Assembly: GCA_040377305.1 (NCBI GenBank)
Contig: JBEIPA010000025.1
Location: 1 to 64,000, forward strand
Direction of reading: 5' to 3'
Source of the DNA: Flavobacteriales bacterium
GTDB taxonomy: Bacteria > Bacteroidota > Bacteroidia > Palsa-965
DNA: 64,000 bases
This document shows positions 36,940 to 46,690 of this stretch, piece by piece. The position numbers and the translations under genes were made by a program. Each line of letters begins with the position of its first letter. Position 1 is the stretch's first letter. Under the pieces are notes generated by a model, which worked only from the letters and a program-made list of their open reading frames with translations, searched no databases and had not been told where the DNA came from.

Positions 36940-39900
36940 TTAACGTAATACGTTAACATGGTAGTAAGCCTTGTGCGTATTCATATCACCACATTCCGTT
37001 CTGTAAGTGATTCGAACTACATAAGTATCTTCCTGTACACGGTTACCATTGTAAGTTCCATCCCAGCCGTTTGTCATGCTGTCTGATTCAAACAGGAGCA
37101 TTCCCCAACGATCAAAAATCTGCATCTTGAACTCGATGATACCCGTTCCGTAAGCGTAGAATACATCGTTGCGGTCATTTCCGTTTGGTGTGAACGTATT
37201 CGGAACATACATCGTACCTCCGCCAAGCTCACCATTCACTTCAATGGTATCTGTAAGACTGCAGTTCGATGAATTGATTACGTCAACGTAGTATACTCCG
37301 GCTTCAGTCACCGTGATGTATTGCGTTGTTGAACCATTGCTCCACATATAACTTGCTCCCGGATTTCCTGCATCGAGTAACACACCCTGATCAACATCGC
37401 ACAACGACAACGAGCTTCCGAGTTCTACGGTTGCAAGGAATGTTACCTGCACAGTATCGGTTTCAGTACAGTTTCCGATAGCAACAGTTACCCAATACGT
37501 TCCCGCGCTGTCTGTAGAGAACGACGGGCCTGTAGATCCATCGGACCAGGTAATCGTTGCATTCGGATCATTCACGTTGAACACAATCGGGTTGCCCGGA
37601 CAAACTGCAGTATCAGCTCCAAGATTCGGCTGCTGTACACTAAGCACCTGAACGTCGATTGAATCGCGGAATGAACAGCTACCTGATGTTACATCCACAT
37701 AATACAATCCTGTTGTGCTAACCACAATGGTTTGCGAGGTTGCGCCTGTACTCCACAAATAAGTAGAGCCTGGATTTCCCGCATCAAGCAAAATTTGTGT
37801 GCCTGTACAAACAACCGTATCGCTTCCTATATCCGGTGCCGCGAAGAGCTGAATGTTCATCGTATCTGTAGCCGTGCAAACGCCGTTGTCGACAATTACC
37901 CAGTACTGCCCTGTGCTCTGAGCCGTGATCGTTGCTGACGTCGCTCCTGTACTCCACAAGTAGGTACAATTCGCAGTTGTTGCATCAAGTGTCATAGATA
38001 CGGCTCCACAAACCGTCGTGTCGTTTCCGAGGAAGACTGTAGGCTCAGGTAAAACAGTAATCACGAGATAAACTGTGTCAGCAACATTACAGCTGTTCGA
38101 ATCCACCGCAATCAGCATCACGTTATACGTTCCCGGAGGACCAAAGAAATGCGTTGGCGATGCGTTTGTGTCGATTGGCGAACCGTCATCGAAATCCCAG
38201 TAGTACTGGAAACCGTTGCTCGTGTTTGAGAATGTAATGGAAGTGTTTTCGCAAATCGTATCATTAGGTGCTGCAGATGCAACTGCATTCACACCTGCCG
38301 TCTGGAAGTCGATTTTCACAACGAACATATCCCAACCCGGTGCGTTGATATTGTCTTTGTACGCCCATGCCGGAGTTGGAGCACCGCCACCGCCGATACA
38401 AATTCCCTGATAGATTGCACCGCTTGGATCGAAACGACTTGTTCCTCCGTCAACGTGCCATCCATAATAGAATGATCCGAATGTAAGCTGAAGCGCATTC
38501 TTGCTCAACACAATGAAGTAAGCGCTGCCACCGCCACATGCAGCTTGCGTCGCATACAATGCGTTTGCAGTAACCGGATAAGTAGACTGAGAGTTAAATC
38601 CTGAACAGTAAATATTTTCACAGCTATCAACCATGAATGCTTCCGGTTCAAGATAACTCGCAGCTCCGCTACCGAATACAGTTCCGAACGTAAGACTGAA
38701 CATGTATGGATCGAATTTCGCAACGAAATTAGCCGCGCCCGGATTACTATATACGCCGGCAGTCACAGGCATATTACCGGTACTCGTTCCGTAGACATAA
38801 GGATTGCCTGAGCCATCTACATCCATGAAATAACAGATTTCGTTCTGAGGAGTACCAAAGTATGTCGCACCCAAAAGTGTATTTCCTGCAAGGTTGAATC
38901 GCGCTACGAATCCATCACAAGTTCCTCCGTTGTATGTACCATCGTATGTGCCGGGAGTTGCCGGAAAATCGTTACTGGTGGTTACGCCCACGCAAACAAC
39001 TTCTCCATTCGGTGCGACCCGTATACCGTATGCACCATCACCGGAACTTCCTCCAAGAAAAGTACTCCAACCTAATGTTGCACATGTAGGGTCCAAACGA
39101 AATACAACACCATCCCATGTGCCGCCCAGTGTTGCATCGTATGTTCCTGCTGATGTTGGAAAGTTTGAAGACTCGGAGAAACTGGATACGTAAGAGTTAC
39201 CTGCCGCGTCGACAACAATTTCACCACGCATACCGTCGTGACCATTCATATTCCAGGGCATTCCCCAGCCACCACCATCGTTCGCGCTACCGCCAACGTA
39301 AGTAGAACCAATGAGTGCGGTTCCGGCTGCATTCACGTGTGTTACCACAATATCATCATCAGCACCGGAAGAACCGTTATGTGTTGCATCAAAACAACCT
39401 GCTGATGTAGGGTAGTTTGTAGAATTAGTCGCACCAAGCACATAAAGTTCGCCGTTGGCTACTGCAAAAAGTGAGTTCGGAATTTCACGTCCACTTCCGC
39501 CGAGGTATGTAGACCACAACAGATTCGATCCGTTTGGATCAAGCTTCGCAACAGCGATATCAACGTTACCACCGAATGCAGTTTGGAAGGAACCTGCTTG
39601 TGTAGGATATCCCGGATTAAAGCACTCACCACCCGTGTAGATATTCCCGGAAGGATCGTACGTTGCGCAGTGGCCATACGTTGTACAAGATGCAGGTGCT
39701 CCGGAGTAAGTTGCTGCAACCAACACCGGGTCGATTGTCAACTGATAATTCTGGTTGTATCCGTAAGGAAATTTGAATGAAACCGTTTTTCCGTCGGCTT
39801 CAATGAAATATTCGCATGGCACAGGAACTTTTACGTTGTTGATTTCCTGGTACGAGTAAGGAACTTGTTCGACCATATCACCTGTTGATAAGTGAATAAT

Positions 39901-40470
39901 CAACGTGTTGTTCTGGATTTCAATTCCGTTTGTGTAATTGAATTCCATTTTGATCTGAGAAGCATTGGCACCAGGCAATACGATAAAGTCGTACTTGAAC
40001 TGGTTGTTTACGCTGTATGCTGCAAGATTAATTCCACTGTAGAGTCCTGTATAGAATACTTCGTTGTAAGAAGCAACATACGATGACCAACGCTGCGGAT
40101 TATTGCCAACGAAATAGTTCGTGTAGTAAGGACGTGGATTCAATGCAGACACAATCGGATTCGGATTGCATCCTGTGAAGTTCATTCTGAATGCGTGCAG
40201 ATCAACAACACCTTCTTTGCGGGTATCGTGATTTCCTTCCTGGTGAGAAGCGTCGTGAATTGCCTCCAGCTGTGCCGGATCGTATTTCACATAGGTGAAA
40301 CAGTTCTTCTCCATGAACAAAGATGTGCCGGAACCGACGCCGACTTTATACTTTACACGGGAAGGATATTGTGTGTGATTCTCTTCAAAGTCAATCGTTC
40401 CTCCCTGAGCGAACGACAGTACAGGTGCTATGCACAACGTGAAGAGTGAAGAAAGTAAAATGTTCTTCAT
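36940..40470 (-). CDS. Large secreted protein with SBBP-like propeller repeats, PKD and Ig-like repeats and a T9SS type-B CTD
   Basis: Signal peptide; 'WSTYLGGS' repeats; PKD 'WDFDDG'; 'YLWSTGAT' repeats; 'VPNTFTPNGNDRND.F...IFDRWG...WDG'. Confidence 0.88.
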   Translation of the reverse strand: MKNILLSSLFTLCIAPVLSFAQGGTIDFEENHTQYPSRVKYKVGVGSGTSLFMEKNCFTYVKYDPAQLEAIHDASHQEGNHDTRKEGVVDLHAFRMNFTGCNPNPIVSALNPRPYYTNYFVGNNPQRWSSYVASYNEVFYTGLYSGINLAAYSVNNQFKYDFIVLPGANASQIKMEFNYTNGIEIQNNTLIIHLSTGDMVEQVPYSYQEINNVKVPVPCEYFIEADGKTVSFKFPYGYNQNYQLTIDPVLVAATYSGAPASCTTYGHCATYDPSGNIYTGGECFNPGYPTQAGSFQTAFGGNVDIAVAKLDPNGSNLLWSTYLGGSGREIPNSLFAVANGELYVLGATNSTNYPTSAGCFDATHNGSSGADDDIVVTHVNAAGTALIGSTYVGGSANDGGGWGMPWNMNGHDGMRGEIVVDAAGNSYVSSFSESSNFPTSAGTYDATLGGTWDGVVFRLDPTCATLGWSTFLGGSSGDGAYGIRVAPNGEVVCVGVTTSNDFPATPGTYDGTYNGGTCDGFVARFNLAGNTLLGATYFGTPQNEICYFMDVDGSGNPYVYGTSTGNMPVTAGVYSNPGAANFVAKFDPYMFSLTFGTVFGSGAASYLEPEAFMVDSCENIYCSGFNSQSTYPVTANALYATQAACGGGSAYFIVLSKNALQLTFGSFYYGWHVDGGTSRFDPSGAIYQGICIGGGGAPTPAWAYKDNINAPGWDMFVVKIDFQTAGVNAVASAAPNDTICENTSITFSNTSNGFQYYWDFDDGSPIDTNASPTHFFGPPGTYNVMLIAVDSNSCNVADTVYLVITVLPEPTVFLGNDTTVCGAVSMTLDATTANCTYLWSTGATSATITAQSTGQYWVIVDNGVCTATDTMNIQLFAAPDIGSDTVVCTGTQILLDAGNPGSTYLWSTGATSQTIVVSTTGLYYVDVTSGSCSFRDSIDVQVLSVQQPNLGADTAVCPGNPIVFNVNDPNATITWSDGSTGPSFSTDSAGTYWVTVAIGNCTETDTVQVTFLATVELGSSLSLCDVDQGVLLDAGNPGASYMWSNGSTTQYITVTEAGVYYVDVINSSNCSLTDTIEVNGELGGGTMYVPNTFTPNGNDRNDVFYAYGTGIIEFKMQIFDRWGMLLFESDSMTNGWDGTYNGNRVQEDTYVVRITYRTECGDMNTHKAYYHVNVLR

Positions 40471-40614
40471 ACGCGGTTTGAATAAGTATTGGATCAATAT
40501 CAAAGCGATGTTTGCCTAACCGCCCATTGTATTGATTCTCATAAATTTAGGTCAAAAATACATTTGTGCAACGGGTGGTGCAAACTATTTGGGGAGATTT
40601 CTAACGCGTCCAGC

Positions 40615-40859
40615 GGGTATGAGGAATGGGGAATGGGGAATAGGGGATATGGAAAGTGTTTCTTGCAAATTATACGGAAAAACCATGATTTCACTATAAG
40701 CGGATCACTAGGCGGACCCATGTAAACCATTTCAAAGCTACAGAGACAGCATTCACCCACACAGCTAAACCTCGATCCACCCCATCCCGTTTCCCTCATC
40801 CCTCATCCCTCATCCCTCATCCCCCATTCCCCATCCTGCATCCTGCATTCCGCATCCCC
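40615..40859. repeat. Inverted pair of GGGAATG / CATCCCT heptamer arrays
   Basis: G-rich arm at 40615-40656; C-rich arm at 40780-40859 with CCCTCAT x4. Confidence 0.8.
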
Positions 40860-40917
40860 AAATTCCTTATTTTAGCGCCCGCTTAAAAAGGCACTTTCAT
40901 TCTAAACACATCTAAAA

Positions 40918-42177
40918 ATGCCCTATCTCTTCACTTCTGAATCGGTATCTGAGGGTCACCCGGATAAAGTAGCAGACCAGATTTCTGACGCGCTCATCGA
41001 TCACTTTCTTGCGTATGATCCTTCTTCTAAAGTTGCTTGCGAAACACTCGTAACAACTGGACAAGTAGTTCTTGCCGGTGAAGTGAAATCAAAAGCATAC
41101 CTCGACGTGCAGGAAATTGCGCGCGAAGTAATCCGCAAAATCGGTTACACGAAAGCGGAATACATGTTCGAAGCAAATTCATGCGGAGTGTTCTCTGCAA
41201 TTCACGAACAATCTTCTGACATCAATCAGGGTGTTGAACGCAAGAAGCCCGAAGAACAAGGTGCAGGCGATCAGGGAATGATGTTCGGTTACGCAAACCG
41301 CGATACCGACAATTTCATGCCGCTTCCATTGGAACTTTCGCACTTGTTGCTGCAGGAACTTGCTGCAATTCGCCGCGAAGGAAAACAAATGAAATATCTC
41401 CGTCCTGATTCGAAGAGCCAGGTAACGATTGAATACAACGATTCCAACAAACCAGTTGCGATCAACACGATCGTAATTTCTACTCAGCACGATGATTTTG
41501 CTGCAGAGAAGAAAATGCAGGAAACAATTGAGAAAGACGTTCGCTCTATTCTCGTTCCGCGTGTGATGAAGAAATTACCGAAACGTGTTCAGGCATTGTT
41601 CGGAAAAGACATTAAGTATCACGTAAATCCTACAGGGAAATTTGTAATCGGCGGACCACACGGCGATACAGGATTGACTGGTCGTAAAATCATCGTTGAT
41701 ACGTACGGCGGAAAAGGTGCACACGGTGGTGGAGCATTCTCCGGAAAAGATCCTTCTAAAGTGGATCGTTCGGCTGCGTATGCAACACGTCATATTGCTA
41801 AGCATTTGGTTGCTGCAGGAGTTTGCGACGAAGCACTTGTTCAGGTCGCTTATGCAATCGGAGTTGCTCAACCAGTTGGACTTTACGTGAGCACGTATGG
41901 CACATCCAAGGTTGATATGACAGACGGTGAAATTGCTCAGGTAATTTCTAAGCTTCCTGCATTCGACATGCGTCCATATTTCATTGAGAAACGTTTCAAG
42001 CTGCGTACTCCTATTTACAGCGAGACTGCAGCATACGGACACATGGGCCGCGAGAGCAAAGTGGTTGAGAAGATTTTCAATAAGGGAAAACGCAACGAGA
42101 AGAAAGTGAAAGTGAAGTTGTTCCCTTGGGAAGAGTTGAATGCATTGAAGGATGTGAAGAAAGCATTTGGAGTCTAA
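40918..42177 (+). CDS. metK: S-adenosylmethionine synthetase
   Basis: '[13 protein letters not shown]', 'GAGDQG' and '[16 protein letters not shown]'. Confidence 0.98.
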   Translation: MPYLFTSESVSEGHPDKVADQISDALIDHFLAYDPSSKVACETLVTTGQVVLAGEVKSKAYLDVQEIAREVIRKIGYTKAEYMFEANSCGVFSAIHEQSSDINQGVERKKPEEQGAGDQGMMFGYANRDTDNFMPLPLELSHLLLQELAAIRREGKQMKYLRPDSKSQVTIEYNDSNKPVAINTIVISTQHDDFAAEKKMQETIEKDVRSILVPRVMKKLPKRVQALFGKDIKYHVNPTGKFVIGGPHGDTGLTGRKIIVDTYGGKGAHGGGAFSGKDPSKVDRSAAYATRHIAKHLVAAGVCDEALVQVAYAIGVAQPVGLYVSTYGTSKVDMTDGEIAQVISKLPAFDMRPYFIEKRFKLRTPIYSETAAYGHMGRESKVVEKIFNKGKRNEKKVKVKLFPWEELNALKDVKKAFGV

Positions 42178-42238
42178 TTGCCAACCTTCGGCTACGCTCA
42201 GTCTAACAATAGACTTCATCAGATAAATTGAATAAAAT

Positions 42239-42272
42239 AAACACCTGTCAGAAATGGCAGGTGTTTTTGTTT
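42239..42272 (+). terminator. Rho-independent terminator of metK
   Basis: AAACACCTGTCA-GAAA-TGGCAGGTGTTT followed by a T-run. Confidence 0.85.
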
Positions 42273-42334
42273 CCTGAAGTGAACGCAAAAGGATTTGCGA
42301 CGTACAGCAGGAAATTCATCCCATTCTTTCACCT

Positions 42335-42352
42335 CTGTAACTTAAGTCACAG
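42335..42352. promoter_or_regulatory. Palindromic operator (Crp/Fnr-like TGTAAC-N4-GTCACA)
   Basis: CTGTAACTTAAGTCACAG, dyad with one mismatched pair, upstream of 42398. Confidence 0.45.
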
Positions 42353-42397
42353 ACTTCTGCGCACTGCCCATAGTACCTTGCGTACAAAATCAAAAAC

Positions 42398-44008
42398 ATG
42401 ATCCGTGCATTCATAAGTATCGTGAGCTTCCTCGCATTCGCTGGTATAGCTATAGCACAGAATAATTTCAACTACACCATTTCACTTGCGCCTACCTCAG
42501 TGGCAGGTCTGCCCGGGTTGCAAGCATATGCTCATGCACAACACAACGGGATGTGGCTGGTACTTGGTGGCCGAAGGGATGGCTTGCATGCGCGGCAACC
42601 ATTCAATGCATTCCCGCAATCGCAGAACAATACCAATATCTATGTGATTGATATCCATAACAACCAGTTCTGGTCTGGCAGCGTTAATTCACTTCCGGTC
42701 AACATTGCCGAACAACTTCAGTCAACCAACATGAATTTTTGCCAGGTGGAAGACACGTTGTATGTCATCGGCGGTTATGCTTACGCACCATCCGTTGCAG
42801 ATCACATCACGTTTCCGCATCTCACAACCATTGATGTTCCAGGATTAATGAATGCGATTATTAACGGAAGTCCGATCAATACATACTTCAAGCAAATCAC
42901 CGACTCTGCTTTTGCAGTTACAGGTGGGTATCTCAAGGCGCTCCACGAAACGTTTTACCTCGTAGGCGGACAACGTTTCGACGGTCGATACAATCCCATG
43001 GGAAATCCTACCTACACGCAAACCTATACCAATCAGATCAGGAAATTTAAGATTGACAATTCAGGTGCACAATTAAGTTTCTCCGGATATCAGACGATGA
43101 CTGATCCCGTTCATCTTCATCGTCGCGACTACAATTTGTTGCCGCAAATATTTCCTGATGGTCAACAAGGATTCACCATTTCCTCAGGTGTATTCCAGAT
43201 CAACGCTGATCTTCCGTTCCTCTACCCTGTCGACATCACACCAGCCGGATACATTCCGCAAACCGGATTCAACCAATACCTGAGCAATTACCATTCTGCC
43301 TATGCGTGCCTGTACGACAGTTCTTCGAACGAAATGCATTCCTTGTTCTTTGGAGGAATGAGCCAATACTACTATTCCGGCAACACGTTGATACAGGACA
43401 ATCAGGTGCCGTTTGTAAAAACAATCAGCAGACTCACCCGGGACAGTGCAGGGAATCTGAATGAATATGTTGAACCATTGCAGATGCCATCGCTTCAGGG
43501 CGCAAGTGCTGAATTCTTTTGCAATCCACTGCTGCCACAATACGAGAACGAGATCATTCAACTCAGCTCCATCACACAAGATTCTATACTCATCGGACAT
43601 ATTTATGGTGGCATACATAGTCCCATGCTGAATCCGTTTACGTCCAATCAGACTTCAGTTACCAGCGCAGACACAACCATTTATGAAGTGTGGCTGATCC
43701 GCAATTCCACAACAACCGTAGAAAACAATGCAGTTGACGGCAGGAATCCCTACGACATTACTGTGTTTCCGAATCCCGCAAAAGAAAAACTGCAGGTGAA
43801 TTTCACGCTCACCAAACCAACAGCAGTTAGTTATTTTGTTACGAATGCTGCAGGACAGATTATCAAAGAAGAAATTCTCGGAGACAAACTAAACGGTGAG
43901 CAGAACATCCGGATCAACCTGAATAATACAGGAGCACAATCGCTTATGGTCACATTTGTTTTCGATAACAAATACTACGTTAGCAAACCAGTTGTACTCG
44001 AAAACTAA
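42398..44008 (+). CDS. Secreted Kelch-like propeller protein with T9SS type-A CTD
   Basis: Signal peptide; repeated 'LVLGG', 'YVIGG', 'YLVGG' and 'LFFGG'; 'VFPNP...KPVVLE'. Confidence 0.8.
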   Translation: MIRAFISIVSFLAFAGIAIAQNNFNYTISLAPTSVAGLPGLQAYAHAQHNGMWLVLGGRRDGLHARQPFNAFPQSQNNTNIYVIDIHNNQFWSGSVNSLPVNIAEQLQSTNMNFCQVEDTLYVIGGYAYAPSVADHITFPHLTTIDVPGLMNAIINGSPINTYFKQITDSAFAVTGGYLKALHETFYLVGGQRFDGRYNPMGNPTYTQTYTNQIRKFKIDNSGAQLSFSGYQTMTDPVHLHRRDYNLLPQIFPDGQQGFTISSGVFQINADLPFLYPVDITPAGYIPQTGFNQYLSNYHSAYACLYDSSSNEMHSLFFGGMSQYYYSGNTLIQDNQVPFVKTISRLTRDSAGNLNEYVEPLQMPSLQGASAEFFCNPLLPQYENEIIQLSSITQDSILIGHIYGGIHSPMLNPFTSNQTSVTSADTTIYEVWLIRNSTTTVENNAVDGRNPYDITVFPNPAKEKLQVNFTLTKPTAVSYFVTNAAGQIIKEEILGDKLNGEQNIRINLNNTGAQSLMVTFVFDNKYYVSKPVVLEN

Positions 44009-44011
44009 ACC

Positions 44012-44136
44012 GTTCTAAGTTCTGAGTTCAAGGTTCTGAGTTTTGAACCCGCGAATTATAATTCATCACCTGCCAGCAATGGCAGGTGTTTTTGTTTGAC
44101 CTGATTGCTACCTTAGAACATTGAACTTAGAACTCA
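44012..44136. repeat. Inverted pair of GTTCTRA/TTAGAAC heptamer arrays enclosing a terminator
   Basis: Left arm 44012-44046, right arm 44113-44136. Confidence 0.8.
44067..44097 (+). terminator. Terminator nearly identical to the metK terminator
   Basis: 29 of 31 nt identical to 42242-42272. Confidence 0.85.
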
Positions 44137-44141
44137 TATAA

Positions 44142-45386
44142 GTGAAAAGAAAAATCGCTGAGCTTGTTCTGTTGAATGTGGGACTCGCTGCAGTGTATTT
44201 CTATTTTTTCAGTCAACTGAATCTTCCTGTCGATAGCGAATACATGTACAGCACGCCTGATGCGCAATCGTATGAGGCCGTTGCGCTCTGGTGGTATGGG
44301 ATTCCTACTCAAGCAACAAGTATTCGGCCCTTGCTTTATCCAATGATCAATGTCATTGGATGGACAATTGCAGGCTTCAAAGGCGTATGGTCTCTGCAGA
44401 TTCTCTTCTGGATAGGAGCCGGCAATTTTCTGTTTCTCGCTGTCAGAAACTATTCACGGAATACTTTCGTTTCATTTATCGCTGCGACCGTTTATGCACT
44501 GAACTTGTCGCTGGTTGCGGCTACATTGCACGCACTAACCGAGGTTACGACCGCCTTCTTGCTTTCGATTCTAATCTGGCTCGCAAGCAAACACCCGGGA
44601 AAATTCACAGACACAAAATTTCACGCGAAGATTTTATTCGTAGTGGCATTGCTCGTTGTAACCAAGCCTCTCTTCTATCCCTTGTTTCTGATTGAGCTTT
44701 GTATTGCGCTGGTCATTTTTATCCGGAAAAAAGTCAATATCACCCAAATAGGTTTTTTGCTTCTGGCTTCTTTACCGGTAATGCTTCAACTCTCATTCAT
44801 GAAGTATAAGCACGATGAATTCACGATCTCAAAAATCAGCGACATTACCTATCATCAATATTTAGTCACTGATACTTACGCTGAACTTATCGGGGGCAAG
44901 AGAAATGAAGTCGATGATTTTGTTTTTAGCTGGACTCCGCATGAAGTTGATTCATTCACGAAAGAACACAGAATGGAAATCTTCCTGATGTTCGCGAAAA
45001 ACATTGGAAAGAATCTCGTCACTGGCAGTCCTTTTCTCACGAAGCCGATAATGCGCGAAAACAAAGAATGGTCGCCATACACACGAAGTTACAACTGGGT
45101 TGCGCGGAACTGGCACAACTTGTTTCTCTGGCTCGTTCCTGCTTTTGTATTGCTTTATATGCGACGAAGACAGAATCACTGGATGCTTCCCTTACTCGCT
45201 TCCTTCGTGCTTACCTGGTACATTTTCGTGACCAGTGGCATCAGTGGCTGGCAAGGCGACAGACTAATCCTGTGCGCATTACCGCTTTGGATTTTCTGCT
45301 ATACCACCTTGCTCGCATTTCAGCTTTCTGTGCTCAGGAACATGTTCATTCTGCTCCAAAGAAGATTCTTTCGTAAATTGCCCTAA
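44142..45386 (+). CDS. Polytopic membrane protein, GT-C (PMT/ArnT-like) glycosyltransferase-like
   Basis: 'PDAQSY' after the first TM, 'RPLLYP', 'LTE', 'TKP' and a C-terminal 'DRL'. Confidence 0.6.
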   Translation: MKRKIAELVLLNVGLAAVYFYFFSQLNLPVDSEYMYSTPDAQSYEAVALWWYGIPTQATSIRPLLYPMINVIGWTIAGFKGVWSLQILFWIGAGNFLFLAVRNYSRNTFVSFIAATVYALNLSLVAATLHALTEVTTAFLLSILIWLASKHPGKFTDTKFHAKILFVVALLVVTKPLFYPLFLIELCIALVIFIRKKVNITQIGFLLLASLPVMLQLSFMKYKHDEFTISKISDITYHQYLVTDTYAELIGGKRNEVDDFVFSWTPHEVDSFTKEHRMEIFLMFAKNIGKNLVTGSPFLTKPIMRENKEWSPYTRSYNWVARNWHNLFLWLVPAFVLLYMRRRQNHWMLPLLASFVLTWYIFVTSGISGWQGDRLILCALPLWIFCYTTLLAFQLSVLRNMFILLQRRFFRKLP

Positions 45387-45388
45387 CA

Positions 45389-45409
45389 CTCCGAAGGAGT
45401 CCTTCGGAC
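45389..45409. repeat. Short palindrome TCCGAAGGA-G-TCCTTCGGA
   Basis: Perfect 9-bp arms (45390-45408); a related copy is inserted at 14389-14409. Confidence 0.75.
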
Positions 45410-45423
45410 CAAATCCACCCCCT

Positions 45424-45858
45424 ATGTTCGACAATCTTCTTGACCTCGTAAAACAAAATGCAGGAAATGCAATTGTAAATAATCCTGCAATTCCGAATCA
45501 GCACAACGATGATGCGATCAATACCGCAAGCAATTCCATATTGAATTCGCTTACGCAGCAAGCATCCGGTGGAAACATGAATCAGATCATGAACATGTTT
45601 CAGCAAGGTGCAACGCAGAATAATCCGGTTGTGAATTCGGTGACGAACAACGTAAGCGGAGATCTGGCGAAGAAATTCAATCTCGATAATAACGCAGCGA
45701 ACGGAATTGCCGCACAATTGATTCCACAGGTACTGAATCAGCTCGTGAGCAAAACGAACGATCCGAAAGACAATTCGTTTGACCTGAATAGTGTGATGGG
45801 TGCGCTGGGTGGAAACGCTGGTGGCATTGGGAATATGTTGGGGAGTTTTCTGAAATAA
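45424..45858 (+). CDS. DUF937/YidB-like helical protein
   Basis: 'NPAIPN..ND.AI', Asn/Gln-rich, Gly-rich C-terminus 'GGIGNMLGSF'. Confidence 0.65.
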   Translation: MFDNLLDLVKQNAGNAIVNNPAIPNQHNDDAINTASNSILNSLTQQASGGNMNQIMNMFQQGATQNNPVVNSVTNNVSGDLAKKFNLDNNAANGIAAQLIPQVLNQLVSKTNDPKDNSFDLNSVMGALGGNAGGIGNMLGSFLK

Positions 45859-45867
45859 TTTTTGTTG

Positions 45868-46377
45868 ATGGATCGGCACAAATATCATGTCCTACTTTTC
45901 TTTTTGTCAATCCCATTTCCCTTTATGCTTTTCAAGGGTTGGTGGAGCGGAGTTTTTGACGGATGGGGTTCTCAAGGATATTCTTACCTGGGATTATTTG
46001 CTGCCTTGGCGGAAGTCTATTTCTCCAGACGCAAACTGGTTGTAGCCGGTTTGTTCGGAATGGGTGTGTTTGTTGTCGGAATATTATTTCGGATTATGCA
46101 TTGGCCGGGAGCGGCACTTTTCATTTTGTTTGGCATCACTTCCTTCATGATTATTCCATTGTGGAGTGCACTACAGGCGCGAGAACAGAAAATGCTTCGG
46201 ATCATCATTTCTGTTTGGATATTGATTTATGGAACTGGAGTTTTATTTCTAATTTTTCATTGGCCTGGTGGCGGATTGCTTATCATATTATCGATGCTAG
46301 CGCTTCCTGTTGTAACAATCGCATTAGGCAATTCATTGTGGCAAGCTAAGCAAAAGCAAAATGAGCGTAACATTTGA
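45868..46377 (+). CDS. Membrane protein with two GldL-N-terminal-like motifs
   Basis: 'GILFRIMHWPGA' and 'GVLFLIFHWPGG'. Confidence 0.65.
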   Translation: MDRHKYHVLLFFLSIPFPFMLFKGWWSGVFDGWGSQGYSYLGLFAALAEVYFSRRKLVVAGLFGMGVFVVGILFRIMHWPGAALFILFGITSFMIIPLWSALQAREQKMLRIIISVWILIYGTGVLFLIFHWPGGGLLIILSMLALPVVTIALGNSLWQAKQKQNERNI

Positions 46378-46690
46378 AGATTTTTCAAAACTCGACATCC
46401 GCGCCGGAACCATCGTCACAGTTGATGATTTTCCGGAAGCGAAAAAGCCTGCGTATAAACTCACGATTGATTTTGGAGAACTTGGCACAAAACGTTCTTC
46501 AGCGCAAATAACTACTTTGTACTCGAAAGAAGATTTGCTGAACAAGCAGATTGTTGCTGTTGTGAACTTTCCACCAAAGCAGATTGGTCCGTTTGTATCG
46601 GAGTGTTTGGTGTTGGGAGTTTATAGTAAAGATGGCGTAGTGTTGCTGAGAACGGAAAGAGTTGTTGGAAATGGAGAACCAGTTGGATGA
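46361..46690 (+). CDS. csaA: tRNA-binding protein / chaperone CsaA
   Basis: 'DF.KLDIRAGTI', 'SSAQIT', 'VVNFPPKQIG' and 'SECLVLG'. Confidence 0.92.
   Translation: MSVTFEDFSKLDIRAGTIVTVDDFPEAKKPAYKLTIDFGELGTKRSSAQITTLYSKEDLLNKQIVAVVNFPPKQIGPFVSECLVLGVYSKDGVVLLRTERVVGNGEPVG

Noticed and set aside
40500-40917. SAM riboswitch upstream of metK
   Set aside because: No SAM-I (ATC..GAG..GAGGG) or SAM-II core recognised; the region is heptamer repeats and the -7-like box is only about 40 nt from the ATG.
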